A program made the translations under genes and the position numbers. Shown here one piece after another: positions 30,413 to 39,470 of a DNA stretch of 64,000 nt. This stretch comes from Waterburya sp. (GTDB taxonomy: Bacteria; Cyanobacteriota; Cyanobacteriia; Cyanobacteriales; Xenococcaceae): NCBI GenBank assembly GCA_965217895.1, contig CBDCJV010000002.1:1312001-1376000 (forward strand), written 5' to 3'. Position 1 is the first letter of the stretch. Each line of letters begins with the position of its first letter. The notes under the pieces are model-generated. The model made no database searches. It had not been told where the DNA came from and saw only the letters and a program-made list of their open reading frames with translations.

Positions 30413-31303
30413 ATGAGTGGAGAATACTTTGGTAGGGTAATTACGGCAATGGTAACGCCGTTTGCCGAGGATGGTAGCGTTAACTATGAAGTAGCCGAAA
30501 AGCTAGCAAATCATTTGGTAGAAAATGGTAGTGATGGTTTAGTAATCTGTGGTACAACAGGAGAATCCCCCACCTTAAGCTGGTCAGAAGAATATGAGCT
30601 ATTCAAGGTAGTAAAGCAAGCTGTTGGTAGTAGAGCTAAAATAATTGCAGGTACGGGATCTAATTCTACCTCCGAAGCGATCGCCGCTACGCAAAAAGCA
30701 GCTAAACTAGATCTAGATGGTTCACTACAGGTAGTACCGTATTATAATAAGCCACCCCAGTCGGGACAATATCAGCACTTTAGGGCGATCGCCAAAGCTT
30801 GCCCCGATCTGCCGATGATGTTGTACAATGTACCAGGAAGAACTAGCAGCAATCTAGAGCCAGAAACAGTGGCAGATCTAGCGCAAATTGCTAATATAGT
30901 AGCAATTAAAGAAGCTAGCGGTAATTTAGAACAGGCTTGTAAAATTAAATGTTTGACTCCTGCTAATTTTGCTATCTATTCAGGAGAAGACGCTTTGACT
31001 TTGCCAATGATGACTGTCGGAAGTGTAGGCGTAGTCAGCGTCGCTTCTCATTTAGTAGGCAAGCAAATGCAAACAATGATTCGGGCATTTAATCAAGGAG
31101 ATAATCAGCAAGCCACTAAAATTCAGGTCAAGCTTTTTCCTTTATTTCAGGCTTTATTTATGACTACCAACCCAATTCCTGTTAAAGCAGCTTTGAATTT
31201 GCAGGGTTGGAAAGTGGGTAATTTGCGTACACCTTTATGTGAGCTACAATTAGATTTATTAGAAAGTTTAAAAATAGTTTTAAAAGAATTAAATTTAGTT
31301 TAA
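30413..31303 (+). CDS. dapA: 4-hydroxy-tetrahydrodipicolinate synthase
   Basis: GTTGES, PYYNKP, YNVPGRT and IKEASG; ATG at 30413 preferred over TTG at 30377. Confidence 0.97.
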   Translation: MSGEYFGRVITAMVTPFAEDGSVNYEVAEKLANHLVENGSDGLVICGTTGESPTLSWSEEYELFKVVKQAVGSRAKIIAGTGSNSTSEAIAATQKAAKLDLDGSLQVVPYYNKPPQSGQYQHFRAIAKACPDLPMMLYNVPGRTSSNLEPETVADLAQIANIVAIKEASGNLEQACKIKCLTPANFAIYSGEDALTLPMMTVGSVGVVSVASHLVGKQMQTMIRAFNQGDNQQATKIQVKLFPLFQALFMTTNPIPVKAALNLQGWKVGNLRTPLCELQLDLLESLKIVLKELNLV

Positions 31304-31634
31304 TTTCATTATTGCCTAAGCCACCGCTAAAATCAGACCTGCATATAAGCAAACAAGCTACTTTAGATTCTCTATCATCAATAAAAATAAACCACTATTA
31401 ACAAAAATAAGGTTAAACTACCATTTCCATTTATTTGATGGCATCATCAATGCGAATAACCGCTAAAGTAAGCAATCCCAGCAATTACTGATAGTAATTT
31501 CAGGCAACTTACTGTTGCAAACAGTTTTTCAAAACCCTTAGAAAAAGCTTCAAACGACAGATTCTAAGGTATTTTTACAGTTTTTATTGATTAAATAAAA
31601 AAGTCCAAATAACTACCATAAAGCAAAAACATCA

Positions 31635-33422
31635 ATGACCAAAGTAATTAAAAAAGCCAACAAACCAACCGTGAAAATCATTCCTCTAGGAGGATTACAT
31701 GAGATTGGCAAAAACACCTGTGTTTTTGAATATGAAGACGAAATTATCCTGCTAGATGCAGGATTAGGTTTTCCTTCAGACCAGATGCACGGTGTCAATA
31801 TTGTTTTGCCTGATATGACGTACCTGAGAGAGAATTCTCATCGGATCAAAGGCATGATTGTAACTCACGGTCACGAAGATCATATAGGTGGAATTGCTTA
31901 TCACCTAAAGCAATTTGACATTCCCGTAATTTATGGTCCTAGACTAGCGATGTCTTTGTTAAGTGATAAACTTGAAGAGGCTGGAGTGAGCGATCGCACT
32001 ACTCTTAAAAGCGTTGTCCCTAGAGAAATTGTGCAAATCGGCAAGCATTTTCGGGCTGAATATATTCGCAATACTCATTCAATTGCCGATAGCTTTACCG
32101 TTGCTATTCATACTCCCATTGGCGTAATTATTCATTCAGGAGACTTCAAATTTGACCATACTCCTGTAGATGGAGAACATTTTGACCTGCAAAAATTAGC
32201 CGAACACGGTGAAAAAGGCGTATTGTGCTTGTTAAGTGACTCTACTAACGCTGAAGTACCAGGACATACCCCCTCAGAACGTTCTGTGTACCCCAATCTT
32301 GATCGCATCTTTGGACAAGCCGAAGGACGCTTAATGGTCACAACCTTTTCCTCTTCAGTGCATCGAGTAAATATGATTCTCGATTTGGCACAAAAACACG
32401 GTCGCAAAGTTGCAGTAGTTGGTCGTTCAATGCTCAACGTCATTGCTCATGCACGTAAGTTGGGATACATCCAATGTCGCGACGATATTTTTGAGCAGAT
32501 TAGGACAGTTAATCGTTTACCAGACAACAAAGTCTTGGTTCTCTGTACTGGTTCTCAGGGAGAAACTTTAGCAGCCATGACCCGCATCTCTAGAGGCGAA
32601 CATCGACAAGTTAGAGTTAGAGAAGGAGATACAATCGTCTTCTCGGCTAATCCTATTCCTGGAAACACGATTGGGGTAGTCAACACTATTGACCGCCTGA
32701 TGATGCAGGGGGCGAATGTGATTTATGGTCGCGCTCAAGGGGTTCACGTTTCAGGTCACGGTGCTAGGGAAGACCATAAGTTAATGCTTAATTTAACCAG
32801 ACCCAAATTCTTTGTGCCTGTTCATGGTGAACATAGAATGCTAGTAGAACATGCTGGTATGGCAAAGGCGATGGGTATTCCCGAAGAAAACATTGTAATT
32901 ATCAAAAACGGTAATATTATTGAGCTTACCGAAAATAGCATTGGCATGAATGGTGAAGTCCCCTCTGGTATTGAGCTAGTAGACCGCGCGGGGATTGTCC
33001 AGGATGATGTGATGAAAGAAAGACAGCAGCTAGCTGAAGATGGGGTAATTACAGTCGCAGCAGCAATTGATCTGTCTGGTAAATTGGTGGCATCTCCCGC
33101 TTTACATCTACGGGGCGTGGTGACATCAGTAGAACAATCTTTATTGCAGCAGCTAGTAGCAAGAACCATAGAAAGGATTTTAAGCGATCGCTGGAGTGAC
33201 TTTAGCCACACAGAAAATGGCGAAACAGAGGTTGACTGGAGCGAAATACGCTTAGAAATAGAAGGTGGTCTACAGCGTTTAATTAAGCGAGAATTACGTA
33301 GTCGTCCTTTATTAGTCTTCCTATTGCAGACTCCCGAACAGCAGCCTGTTAAAACCACAAGAAGAAGAAAACGTTCAAGCTCTACAGCTACCCCTGCACC
33401 TGTTATCGCTCGTCGTTCATAG
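31635..33422 (+). CDS. rnj: Ribonuclease J
   Basis: PLGGLHEIGKN, THGHEDHIG, HVSGH and PVHGE. Confidence 0.97.
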   Translation: MTKVIKKANKPTVKIIPLGGLHEIGKNTCVFEYEDEIILLDAGLGFPSDQMHGVNIVLPDMTYLRENSHRIKGMIVTHGHEDHIGGIAYHLKQFDIPVIYGPRLAMSLLSDKLEEAGVSDRTTLKSVVPREIVQIGKHFRAEYIRNTHSIADSFTVAIHTPIGVIIHSGDFKFDHTPVDGEHFDLQKLAEHGEKGVLCLLSDSTNAEVPGHTPSERSVYPNLDRIFGQAEGRLMVTTFSSSVHRVNMILDLAQKHGRKVAVVGRSMLNVIAHARKLGYIQCRDDIFEQIRTVNRLPDNKVLVLCTGSQGETLAAMTRISRGEHRQVRVREGDTIVFSANPIPGNTIGVVNTIDRLMMQGANVIYGRAQGVHVSGHGAREDHKLMLNLTRPKFFVPVHGEHRMLVEHAGMAKAMGIPEENIVIIKNGNIIELTENSIGMNGEVPSGIELVDRAGIVQDDVMKERQQLAEDGVITVAAAIDLSGKLVASPALHLRGVVTSVEQSLLQQLVARTIERILSDRWSDFSHTENGETEVDWSEIRLEIEGGLQRLIKRELRSRPLLVFLLQTPEQQPVKTTRRRKRSSSTATPAPVIARRS

Positions 33423-33426
33423 ACAC

Positions 33427-33476
33427 TTGTATTGTATGTAGGGGCGAACAATCGTTTGCCCCTACATACAATACAA
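33427..33476. repeat. REP-like long hairpin downstream of rnj
   Basis: TTGTATTGTATGTAGGGGCGAAC-AATC-GTTTGCCCCTACATACAATACAA; 23 bp arms with one G-T pair. Confidence 0.8.
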
Positions 33477-33558
33477 CTCAAACTAAAAGAATATAAAAAA
33501 AACATTAATATACAATAGCAAGATATAGTCAATAGGCGAGAAATGGACGCTGAAGCTA

Positions 33559-34239
33559 ATGCCATTATTGATCTTAATTGCCGAAGATGATCCAGGAATA
33601 CGCCTATCTGTAAGCGATTGCTTGGAGCTATGGGGATATTCGGTTATCACAGCCGAGAATGGTGAAGAAGCTTTATCTAAATTAGATAAGTATCGTCCTC
33701 ACTTATTAATCTCTGATATTAAAATGCCTAAAAAAGATGGGTATGAGTTAGTCAAAAATATTCGTCAATTGCCTGAATATCGTCTTTTACCAGTAATACT
33801 ATTAACTGAATGTAAAGAGACAACTGAACGGATTCATGGGTATCAAGTAGGATGCGATATGTACCTACCTAAACCATTTGAAATGGCAGAATTAAGAGCA
33901 ATAATTCGTAATTTGTTAGAGCGATCGCAAATTGTTCATTCTGAGTTAAGATTTCCTCAAGGTGGCAAAACCCTCGAATCATCACCAAATTTGCCCAGCA
34001 ACGCTCAAGAAACTCAATTGAATCAGCAAAAACTACAGTCAAAGCTAGAGCTAACTTCCAGAGAAGAAGAAGTTCTTAAATTTCTGATCGATGGCTATTC
34101 AAATATTGACATTGGTTTAAAACTTCATTTATCCCACCGTACGATTGAAAAATACGTCAGTAGCTTACTACGTAAATCAGATACGAGCAACCGGATTGAA
34201 TTGATTAGACTGGCTTTAAAACACAGTTTGGTTCAGTAA
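33559..34239 (+). CDS. NarL/LuxR family response regulator
   Basis: Receiver domain (AEDD, SDIKMP, KPF) plus LuxR HTH (LTSREEEVL). Confidence 0.93.
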   Translation: MPLLILIAEDDPGIRLSVSDCLELWGYSVITAENGEEALSKLDKYRPHLLISDIKMPKKDGYELVKNIRQLPEYRLLPVILLTECKETTERIHGYQVGCDMYLPKPFEMAELRAIIRNLLERSQIVHSELRFPQGGKTLESSPNLPSNAQETQLNQQKLQSKLELTSREEEVLKFLIDGYSNIDIGLKLHLSHRTIEKYVSSLLRKSDTSNRIELIRLALKHSLVQ

Positions 34240-34267
34240 CCTAAGTTCCGATTAAACATTAAAAAGA

Positions 34268-35125
34268 GTGGAAGCAAATAATTCTCACCCTAATATCTCT
34301 GTTCTAGAGTCAAACTGGAATGGTATTAAAATAAAGTATTGCCATATGGCAACTACGGGAGATTTTGCTCTAGCAATGCCTCAAGATGGAGTTAGTATTG
34401 CCTTTGCACCACATGATCGTACTATTTGGTCGGTAGATGGAGGAAGCAGTCAAGCAACTCCCGTAATTCCTGGCAGCGTTTTAATCCATTCCAATCGTAA
34501 TTTTGTTTGGCATTATCGTGAAAAGGAAAGCTTATGGCTTTATATTGAGTTAGAACCGCAAGTTTTGACCCGCATAGCACAAGAAAGCGGTTTATCTAAC
34601 GATTTAGAACTGGAATATCGTGTACTGTTTGGCGATCCGACTATTTTACATTTGGCACAACTACTTAAGGCAGAAGTAGTCAAAAGCAGTGTGGCTGAAG
34701 AAATTTACATTGAGTCAATTAGAAATCTGTTAGGGGTTCATCTTATTCGTAACTATAGCAGTATTAGGCGATCGCAAACCAAACAGCTAGCGAAAACAGC
34801 TAGTCTATCTATCTTACAAGTTAAGCAGCTTCAAGACTTTATTGAAGATAACTTAGACCAAAAAATAAGTATTGTTCAATTAGCTAGCCTAGTTCATCTC
34901 AGTCAGTTCCATTTTGCTCGTGCTTTTAAAGAGGCTGTAGGGACAACTCCTCATCGCTATCTAGTTCAACGTCGTATTGATCGCGCCAAGATTTTGCTAA
35001 CCGTTACTCGGCTTTCGATACAGGAAATAGCGATAAGAGTAGGATACGTTAATCTTAGTCATTTTACGGCACAGTTTCGTAAGTATGTAGGGGCGACTCC
35101 AGCAGCATATCGTCAGAGTTTTTAA
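34268..35125 (+). CDS. AraC family transcriptional regulator
   Basis: C-terminal LSQFHFARAFK...IAIRVGY..SHFTAQFRK. Confidence 0.94.
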   Translation: MEANNSHPNISVLESNWNGIKIKYCHMATTGDFALAMPQDGVSIAFAPHDRTIWSVDGGSSQATPVIPGSVLIHSNRNFVWHYREKESLWLYIELEPQVLTRIAQESGLSNDLELEYRVLFGDPTILHLAQLLKAEVVKSSVAEEIYIESIRNLLGVHLIRNYSSIRRSQTKQLAKTASLSILQVKQLQDFIEDNLDQKISIVQLASLVHLSQFHFARAFKEAVGTTPHRYLVQRRIDRAKILLTVTRLSIQEIAIRVGYVNLSHFTAQFRKYVGATPAAYRQSF

Positions 35126-35132
35126 AGCCATG

Positions 35133-35165
35133 AGCAAGATTAGAATATAAATCAGCAAGAATAGA
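35133..35165 (+). promoter_or_regulatory. Putative AraC-type tandem direct-repeat operator
   Basis: AGCAAGATTAGA (35133) and AGCAAGAATAGA (35154), 21 bp apart, between the AraC gene and the next gene. Confidence 0.6.
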
Positions 35166-35263
35166 GTATTGCTTTAGCGGTCATTTTATCTAAGCTAAGA
35201 ATAGTAGGGCTAATTTTCACGTTATTAGGCGATCGCTTGTCATTTTATTAGAAAGCAAAAATA

Positions 35264-35812
35264 ATGTTAAACCTAGCAAGTATTTTAACCAGTAGTGTAT
35301 TTATTCTTAGTTCAACTATGATTGGCAACCCTAAAGCTTTAAACGATAACCAGTTGCGCGATCGCTCTTCTATTACCGACGTGGTTAACAGTGTGGGAAC
35401 TCTTGCCGATCTCGGACGGTATTCGCAACTAGAACAGTTGTTCACTGAAGAAGTGACCGTTGACTACACCTCTTTATTTCCAGGAGAAGTCCAGAATATT
35501 CCTCGCGAGCAGTTAATGACTCAATGGCAATCTGTTTTGCCTGGGTTTGATGCTACACAACACATGATTACCAATCATCAAATTACGATAAATGGCAATG
35601 AGGCAAAAGCGATCGCCTATGTCCGCGCCACCCATAAACTTGACAATAGGATGTGGGTAGTAGGTGGTTACTACGTTGATGAATTAGCAAAGATTGATGG
35701 AGTTTGGAAACTAAAGTCAATTCAATATAACGCTTTATATGAATCAGGCGATCGCTCCTTGATCGAAAAAGCTGCTGCCAAAGTAGCGAGTCAAACTAAT
35801 ACAGATAACTAA
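35264..35812 (+). CDS. SnoaL-like / NTF2 family protein
   Basis: LFTEEVTVDY, TQHMITN, GGYY and WKL. Confidence 0.88.
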   Translation: MLNLASILTSSVFILSSTMIGNPKALNDNQLRDRSSITDVVNSVGTLADLGRYSQLEQLFTEEVTVDYTSLFPGEVQNIPREQLMTQWQSVLPGFDATQHMITNHQITINGNEAKAIAYVRATHKLDNRMWVVGGYYVDELAKIDGVWKLKSIQYNALYESGDRSLIEKAAAKVASQTNTDN

Positions 35813-35813
35813 T

Positions 35814-35930
35814 ATGAAACAAGTCTTATCCCGTCGTAACCTCACCTTGAGTGGAATTGGCAGTATAGCTACTTTAGCTCTTTTAAGTAAATCAAATAAA
35901 ACTGAAGCTGCCCTGGGCTTTACTATATGA
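35814..35930 (+). pseudogene. Truncated gene remnant consisting of a Tat-type signal peptide
   Basis: MKQVLSRRNLTLSGIGSIATLALLSKSNKTEAA then LGFTI-stop; starts 1 bp after the SnoaL stop. Confidence 0.55.
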
Positions 35931-36066
35931 AGTTGCCGATAGACGCATCAAGAGTGCCGTTAACTTCCCTGGAGATCAGCACGCAGCCAATGCCTTTTTC
36001 TGGAGGGTATATAACCTCAAGCCTTTGCCAGATAGGTTGACTACATCATAGCAATCTCAAAAATCT

Positions 36067-37041
36067 ATGAAACATTCCGATATTTTGCAGACCTTTGGCA
36101 TAACTCTTAATAAAGAACAGGGTTTAGAAAGCCTTTATGCCTATGCTCCTGTATATCGCTTTAATTACGCGGATAAAGATTATGTGCTTAAACGTACTGG
36201 AGTAAGAAGTGACAAGAATGCGATCGCTACTTGGACGAATTATCTTGTATCTCAAGGAATTAAAAGCGTTGCTCCCGTCAAAGATTTTGGTCAGAATCCC
36301 AGATGTTTTTTTAGCGGGGGAAATAATAACAACACAGAAGAAAACTGGGTTATCTATCCTTTTATTCAAGGAATTCCCTATACGGGCAATACTGCCCAAA
36401 TTAGTTTTGCTGGCAAACTACTAGGTCAAATTCATGCTACGGGAATGAAAAAAGACTTTAATCTAAAAATGAGCAAGACTGTAGTTGCTATAAAAGACAA
36501 GAAAATTGAGTTGGAAATAAGTGAAGTTTGCCAAAAAATTGAGCAATATGTTCCAGAAAAACTGGAAATCATTCACAAGATTTTAACCTCTTATATTCAA
36601 AGTTACTTAGAAGATGCACTCCCCAAACTATTAGCAATCGATTTACCTTTGACTAACGCTGGCTGGGACTATAAAGCAGCCAATCTGATTTATAAAACCG
36701 ATGACTGTCCAGTATTAGTCGATCCAGATCATGGAGGACGCATTCCTCGAATGTATGATTTAGCAACTGCTCTATTGTTGTTTCATTGCGATCTTCCACC
36801 TGCTCCCAAACGGATGTTTACAATTGGCGAATGGACTGTGTTTCTAAAAGGATATCAACAACATATTCAACCAACAACTGAGGAAAAAAAGACTTGGAAC
36901 GATTTGCTATTGTGTACTTGGATAGATCAGGCTTTGTGGTTGCTTAGTCATTTTCCTGAAGGTTGGGCAGATACAAACGAGTCTATTTATTTATTGGATC
37001 TGCTGACTGTCAATCTTTCTGACTTTTCTCTGTCATCTTAG
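36067..37041 (+). CDS. Aminoglycoside phosphotransferase / type II homoserine kinase-like phosphotransferase
   Basis: YVLKR, LLGQIH, WDYKAANL (HGDxxxxN equivalent), VDPD and YDLA. Confidence 0.8.
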   Translation: MKHSDILQTFGITLNKEQGLESLYAYAPVYRFNYADKDYVLKRTGVRSDKNAIATWTNYLVSQGIKSVAPVKDFGQNPRCFFSGGNNNNTEENWVIYPFIQGIPYTGNTAQISFAGKLLGQIHATGMKKDFNLKMSKTVVAIKDKKIELEISEVCQKIEQYVPEKLEIIHKILTSYIQSYLEDALPKLLAIDLPLTNAGWDYKAANLIYKTDDCPVLVDPDHGGRIPRMYDLATALLLFHCDLPPAPKRMFTIGEWTVFLKGYQQHIQPTTEEKKTWNDLLLCTWIDQALWLLSHFPEGWADTNESIYLLDLLTVNLSDFSLSS

Positions 37042-37094
37042 ATAGAAAAAATTAATTTCAACTCGAACATTTTAATTATTAGGAAAAAATAATC

Positions 37095-38150
37095 ATGCAA
37101 TATAAACTACTTGGCAAAAGTGGACTTAGAGTATCGCAACTCTGTTTAGGAACAATGACCTTTGGTGAAGACTGGGGTTGGGGTTCGTCCAAAGAAGAAA
37201 GTCAAAAGATCTATCAGACTTTTCGTGAAGCTGGTGGTAACTTTATCGATACTGCCAATATTTATACCAACGGTACGAGTGAAAAGTTTTTGGGTGAATT
37301 TATTAGTTTAGAAAGAGATGCTATAGTTTTAGCGACTAAATATACCAATGGCGCAGGTGATGGAAATCCCAACGGCAGTGGCAACCAGCGCAAAAGTATG
37401 GTGCAGTCGGTAGAAGGCAGTCTTAAAAGATTAAATACTGATTATATCGATGTTCTATGGCTGCATGTCTGGGACTTTATGACCCCAGCAGAAGAAGTTA
37501 TGCGAGCCTTTGACGATCTGGTTCGAGCAGGAAAAGTGCTTTATATTGGTATTTCCGATGCTCCTGCTTGGGTGGTATCTCAATGCAATACTTTAGCCCA
37601 ATTGCAAGGCTGGACACAGTTTATCGGTTTACAGATTGAATATAGCTTAATTCAACGCACTCCAGAACGAGATTTATTACCAATGGCTCATACATTGGAT
37701 ATCGGCGTAACAGCTTGGTCGCCTTTGGCTAGTGGTTGGTTAACTGGAAAATACAGTAACGGTAATCAATCTGGGGAAGAGAGACGTTTGGATAACGAAA
37801 TGATGGAGGGATTTATTGATAAGAGCGATCGCAATACTACCATTGCCCAAGAAGTAGACAAAATTGCTCAACAAACTGGCAACAGTTCTTCACAAGTGGC
37901 ACTAAGTTGGTTATTAAGTAAAGGCGTGATTCCCATTGTCGGCGCGAGAAAAGTATCTCATGTAGAAGATAATCTCAAGTGTGTTGATGTTACATTATCG
38001 GCTGAACAAATAAAACAGCTTGATGACATAAGCCAGATCGAACTTGGTTTTCCTCATGACTTCTTTAAAGCTGATATGACCAAAAACTTTGTTTACAACG
38101 GCACGTTAGACAAAATTGACAATCATCGTTATTCGCAATTGGACAACTAA
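37095..38150 (+). CDS. Aldo/keto reductase
   Basis: LCLGTMTFG, FIDTANIY, SLKRLNTDYID and WSPLA. Confidence 0.96.
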   Translation: MQYKLLGKSGLRVSQLCLGTMTFGEDWGWGSSKEESQKIYQTFREAGGNFIDTANIYTNGTSEKFLGEFISLERDAIVLATKYTNGAGDGNPNGSGNQRKSMVQSVEGSLKRLNTDYIDVLWLHVWDFMTPAEEVMRAFDDLVRAGKVLYIGISDAPAWVVSQCNTLAQLQGWTQFIGLQIEYSLIQRTPERDLLPMAHTLDIGVTAWSPLASGWLTGKYSNGNQSGEERRLDNEMMEGFIDKSDRNTTIAQEVDKIAQQTGNSSSQVALSWLLSKGVIPIVGARKVSHVEDNLKCVDVTLSAEQIKQLDDISQIELGFPHDFFKADMTKNFVYNGTLDKIDNHRYSQLDN

Positions 38151-38348
38151 GCAATTGTGCAAAACGACTTTGAGTAGTGCGTTCAAACTAAACAAATTAA
38201 TCTGGATGCGCTATTTTCTAGCCTTAAAAGCTGTTATTTTTAGCTTACTAAACCTCATCTACAATGAACAAACCGATACAATTTGCTAATTTTGGTGATC
38301 TCTAACCGATAAAATGATTTAGTATTTGAAATTCTTATTGGTACTCAG

Positions 38349-39029
38349 TTGTTCAAACATTTAGACGCAAAACCACGACTACTTATCTCAGTAACAGGTT
38401 CAATACTAATCTACCTGTTAACTCCAAAGTGGTTACAATTGTCAACTCGGATTCTTATTGGTTGGAATTTTGGAGTGGTCAGCTTTTTAGTTTTAGTTTG
38501 GCTGATGATGAGTCGTGCTACATCACAAAGAATGCGTTCCCAGGCACAACGTCAAGATCAGAGTCGCTGGATAATTCTCATCATGGTTGTTGTCGCTTCT
38601 TGTGCCAGTCTTCTGGCAATAATATTTATGCTCAATGGAAGTAAACATCTTTCTGAGTCAATATTAACTCTTTATATCATTTTTTCTTTACTTACAATTG
38701 TCGCTTCTTGGTTATTAATTCATACTATGTTTGCTCTGCATTACGCCCATTTATACTATCAAATTCAGGGCAGACAAACGAACTACTTAGCAACGGAAAA
38801 TCAAAATTCAGAGCAAGCTACTCCCTTAGAATTTCCTCAAGAAAAAGCCCCTAATTATGCCGATTTTCTTTATTTCTCTTTAGGGATTGGCATGACTTCT
38901 CAAGTTGCTGACGTGCAAATAATATCTCGCATACTTAGACGCTTGGCATTAGTACATGAGGTGCTGTCTTTTTTCTTCAATACGCTTATTGTAGCTTTGG
39001 GAATTAATATCCTAGCTAGTCTAATCTAA
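38349..39029 (+). CDS. DUF1345-like membrane protein
   Basis: SWLLIHTMFALHYAHLYY, P.Y.DFLYFS..IGMTSQVAD and FFFNT. Confidence 0.85.
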   Translation: MFKHLDAKPRLLISVTGSILIYLLTPKWLQLSTRILIGWNFGVVSFLVLVWLMMSRATSQRMRSQAQRQDQSRWIILIMVVVASCASLLAIIFMLNGSKHLSESILTLYIIFSLLTIVASWLLIHTMFALHYAHLYYQIQGRQTNYLATENQNSEQATPLEFPQEKAPNYADFLYFSLGIGMTSQVADVQIISRILRRLALVHEVLSFFFNTLIVALGINILASLI

Positions 39030-39256
39030 ATGAACAAAAAAACTATATCGGTACTGTTAGGTAAACGCTCTATTATCGAAACGGTCATTGACCAACTCAA
39101 AAATATTTCTCAGAGCGAACATTTGCGCTATTGATCGCCTCTCAATCTCAGAGTCAATATTTTGCGTGGCTTGATTGCATATTGTTATCAACCCAAGAAA
39201 CCTTCTCTCGATCTGGAAAAAGATTTAGCTCAATATGCTTAAACCGAACTCAGGTT
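39030..39256 (+). mobile_element. IS982-family transposase 3' remnant with terminal repeat
   Basis: [20 protein letters not shown], an internal TGA (39132), [14 protein letters not shown], then ACCGAACTCAGGTT. Confidence 0.8.
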
Positions 39257-39470
39257 GCTATATGCGAATCGCTATCTTTTAGGACTTGTTATCTGCTACT
39301 TGCTCGAACATTATATGCGGACAAGTCCTTTATCTTAAAAACTCCTGCTTTCAAACTAGATGCGGTTTATCTGTCCTTTTTGCGATCTCTAACTCAGGTT
39401 TTAATAACCTATCTGCTTTTAATTTAGCTAACCCAAAATAAATTTTTTGTTTTGGGAGGCTTTTTTCATG

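Noticed and set aside
32822..33565. 247 aa minus-strand ORF
   Set aside because: Antisense shadow of rnj running through a REP hairpin
39131..39427. 98 aa + strand ORF
   Set aside because: Alternative frame over the IS982 remnant and its end
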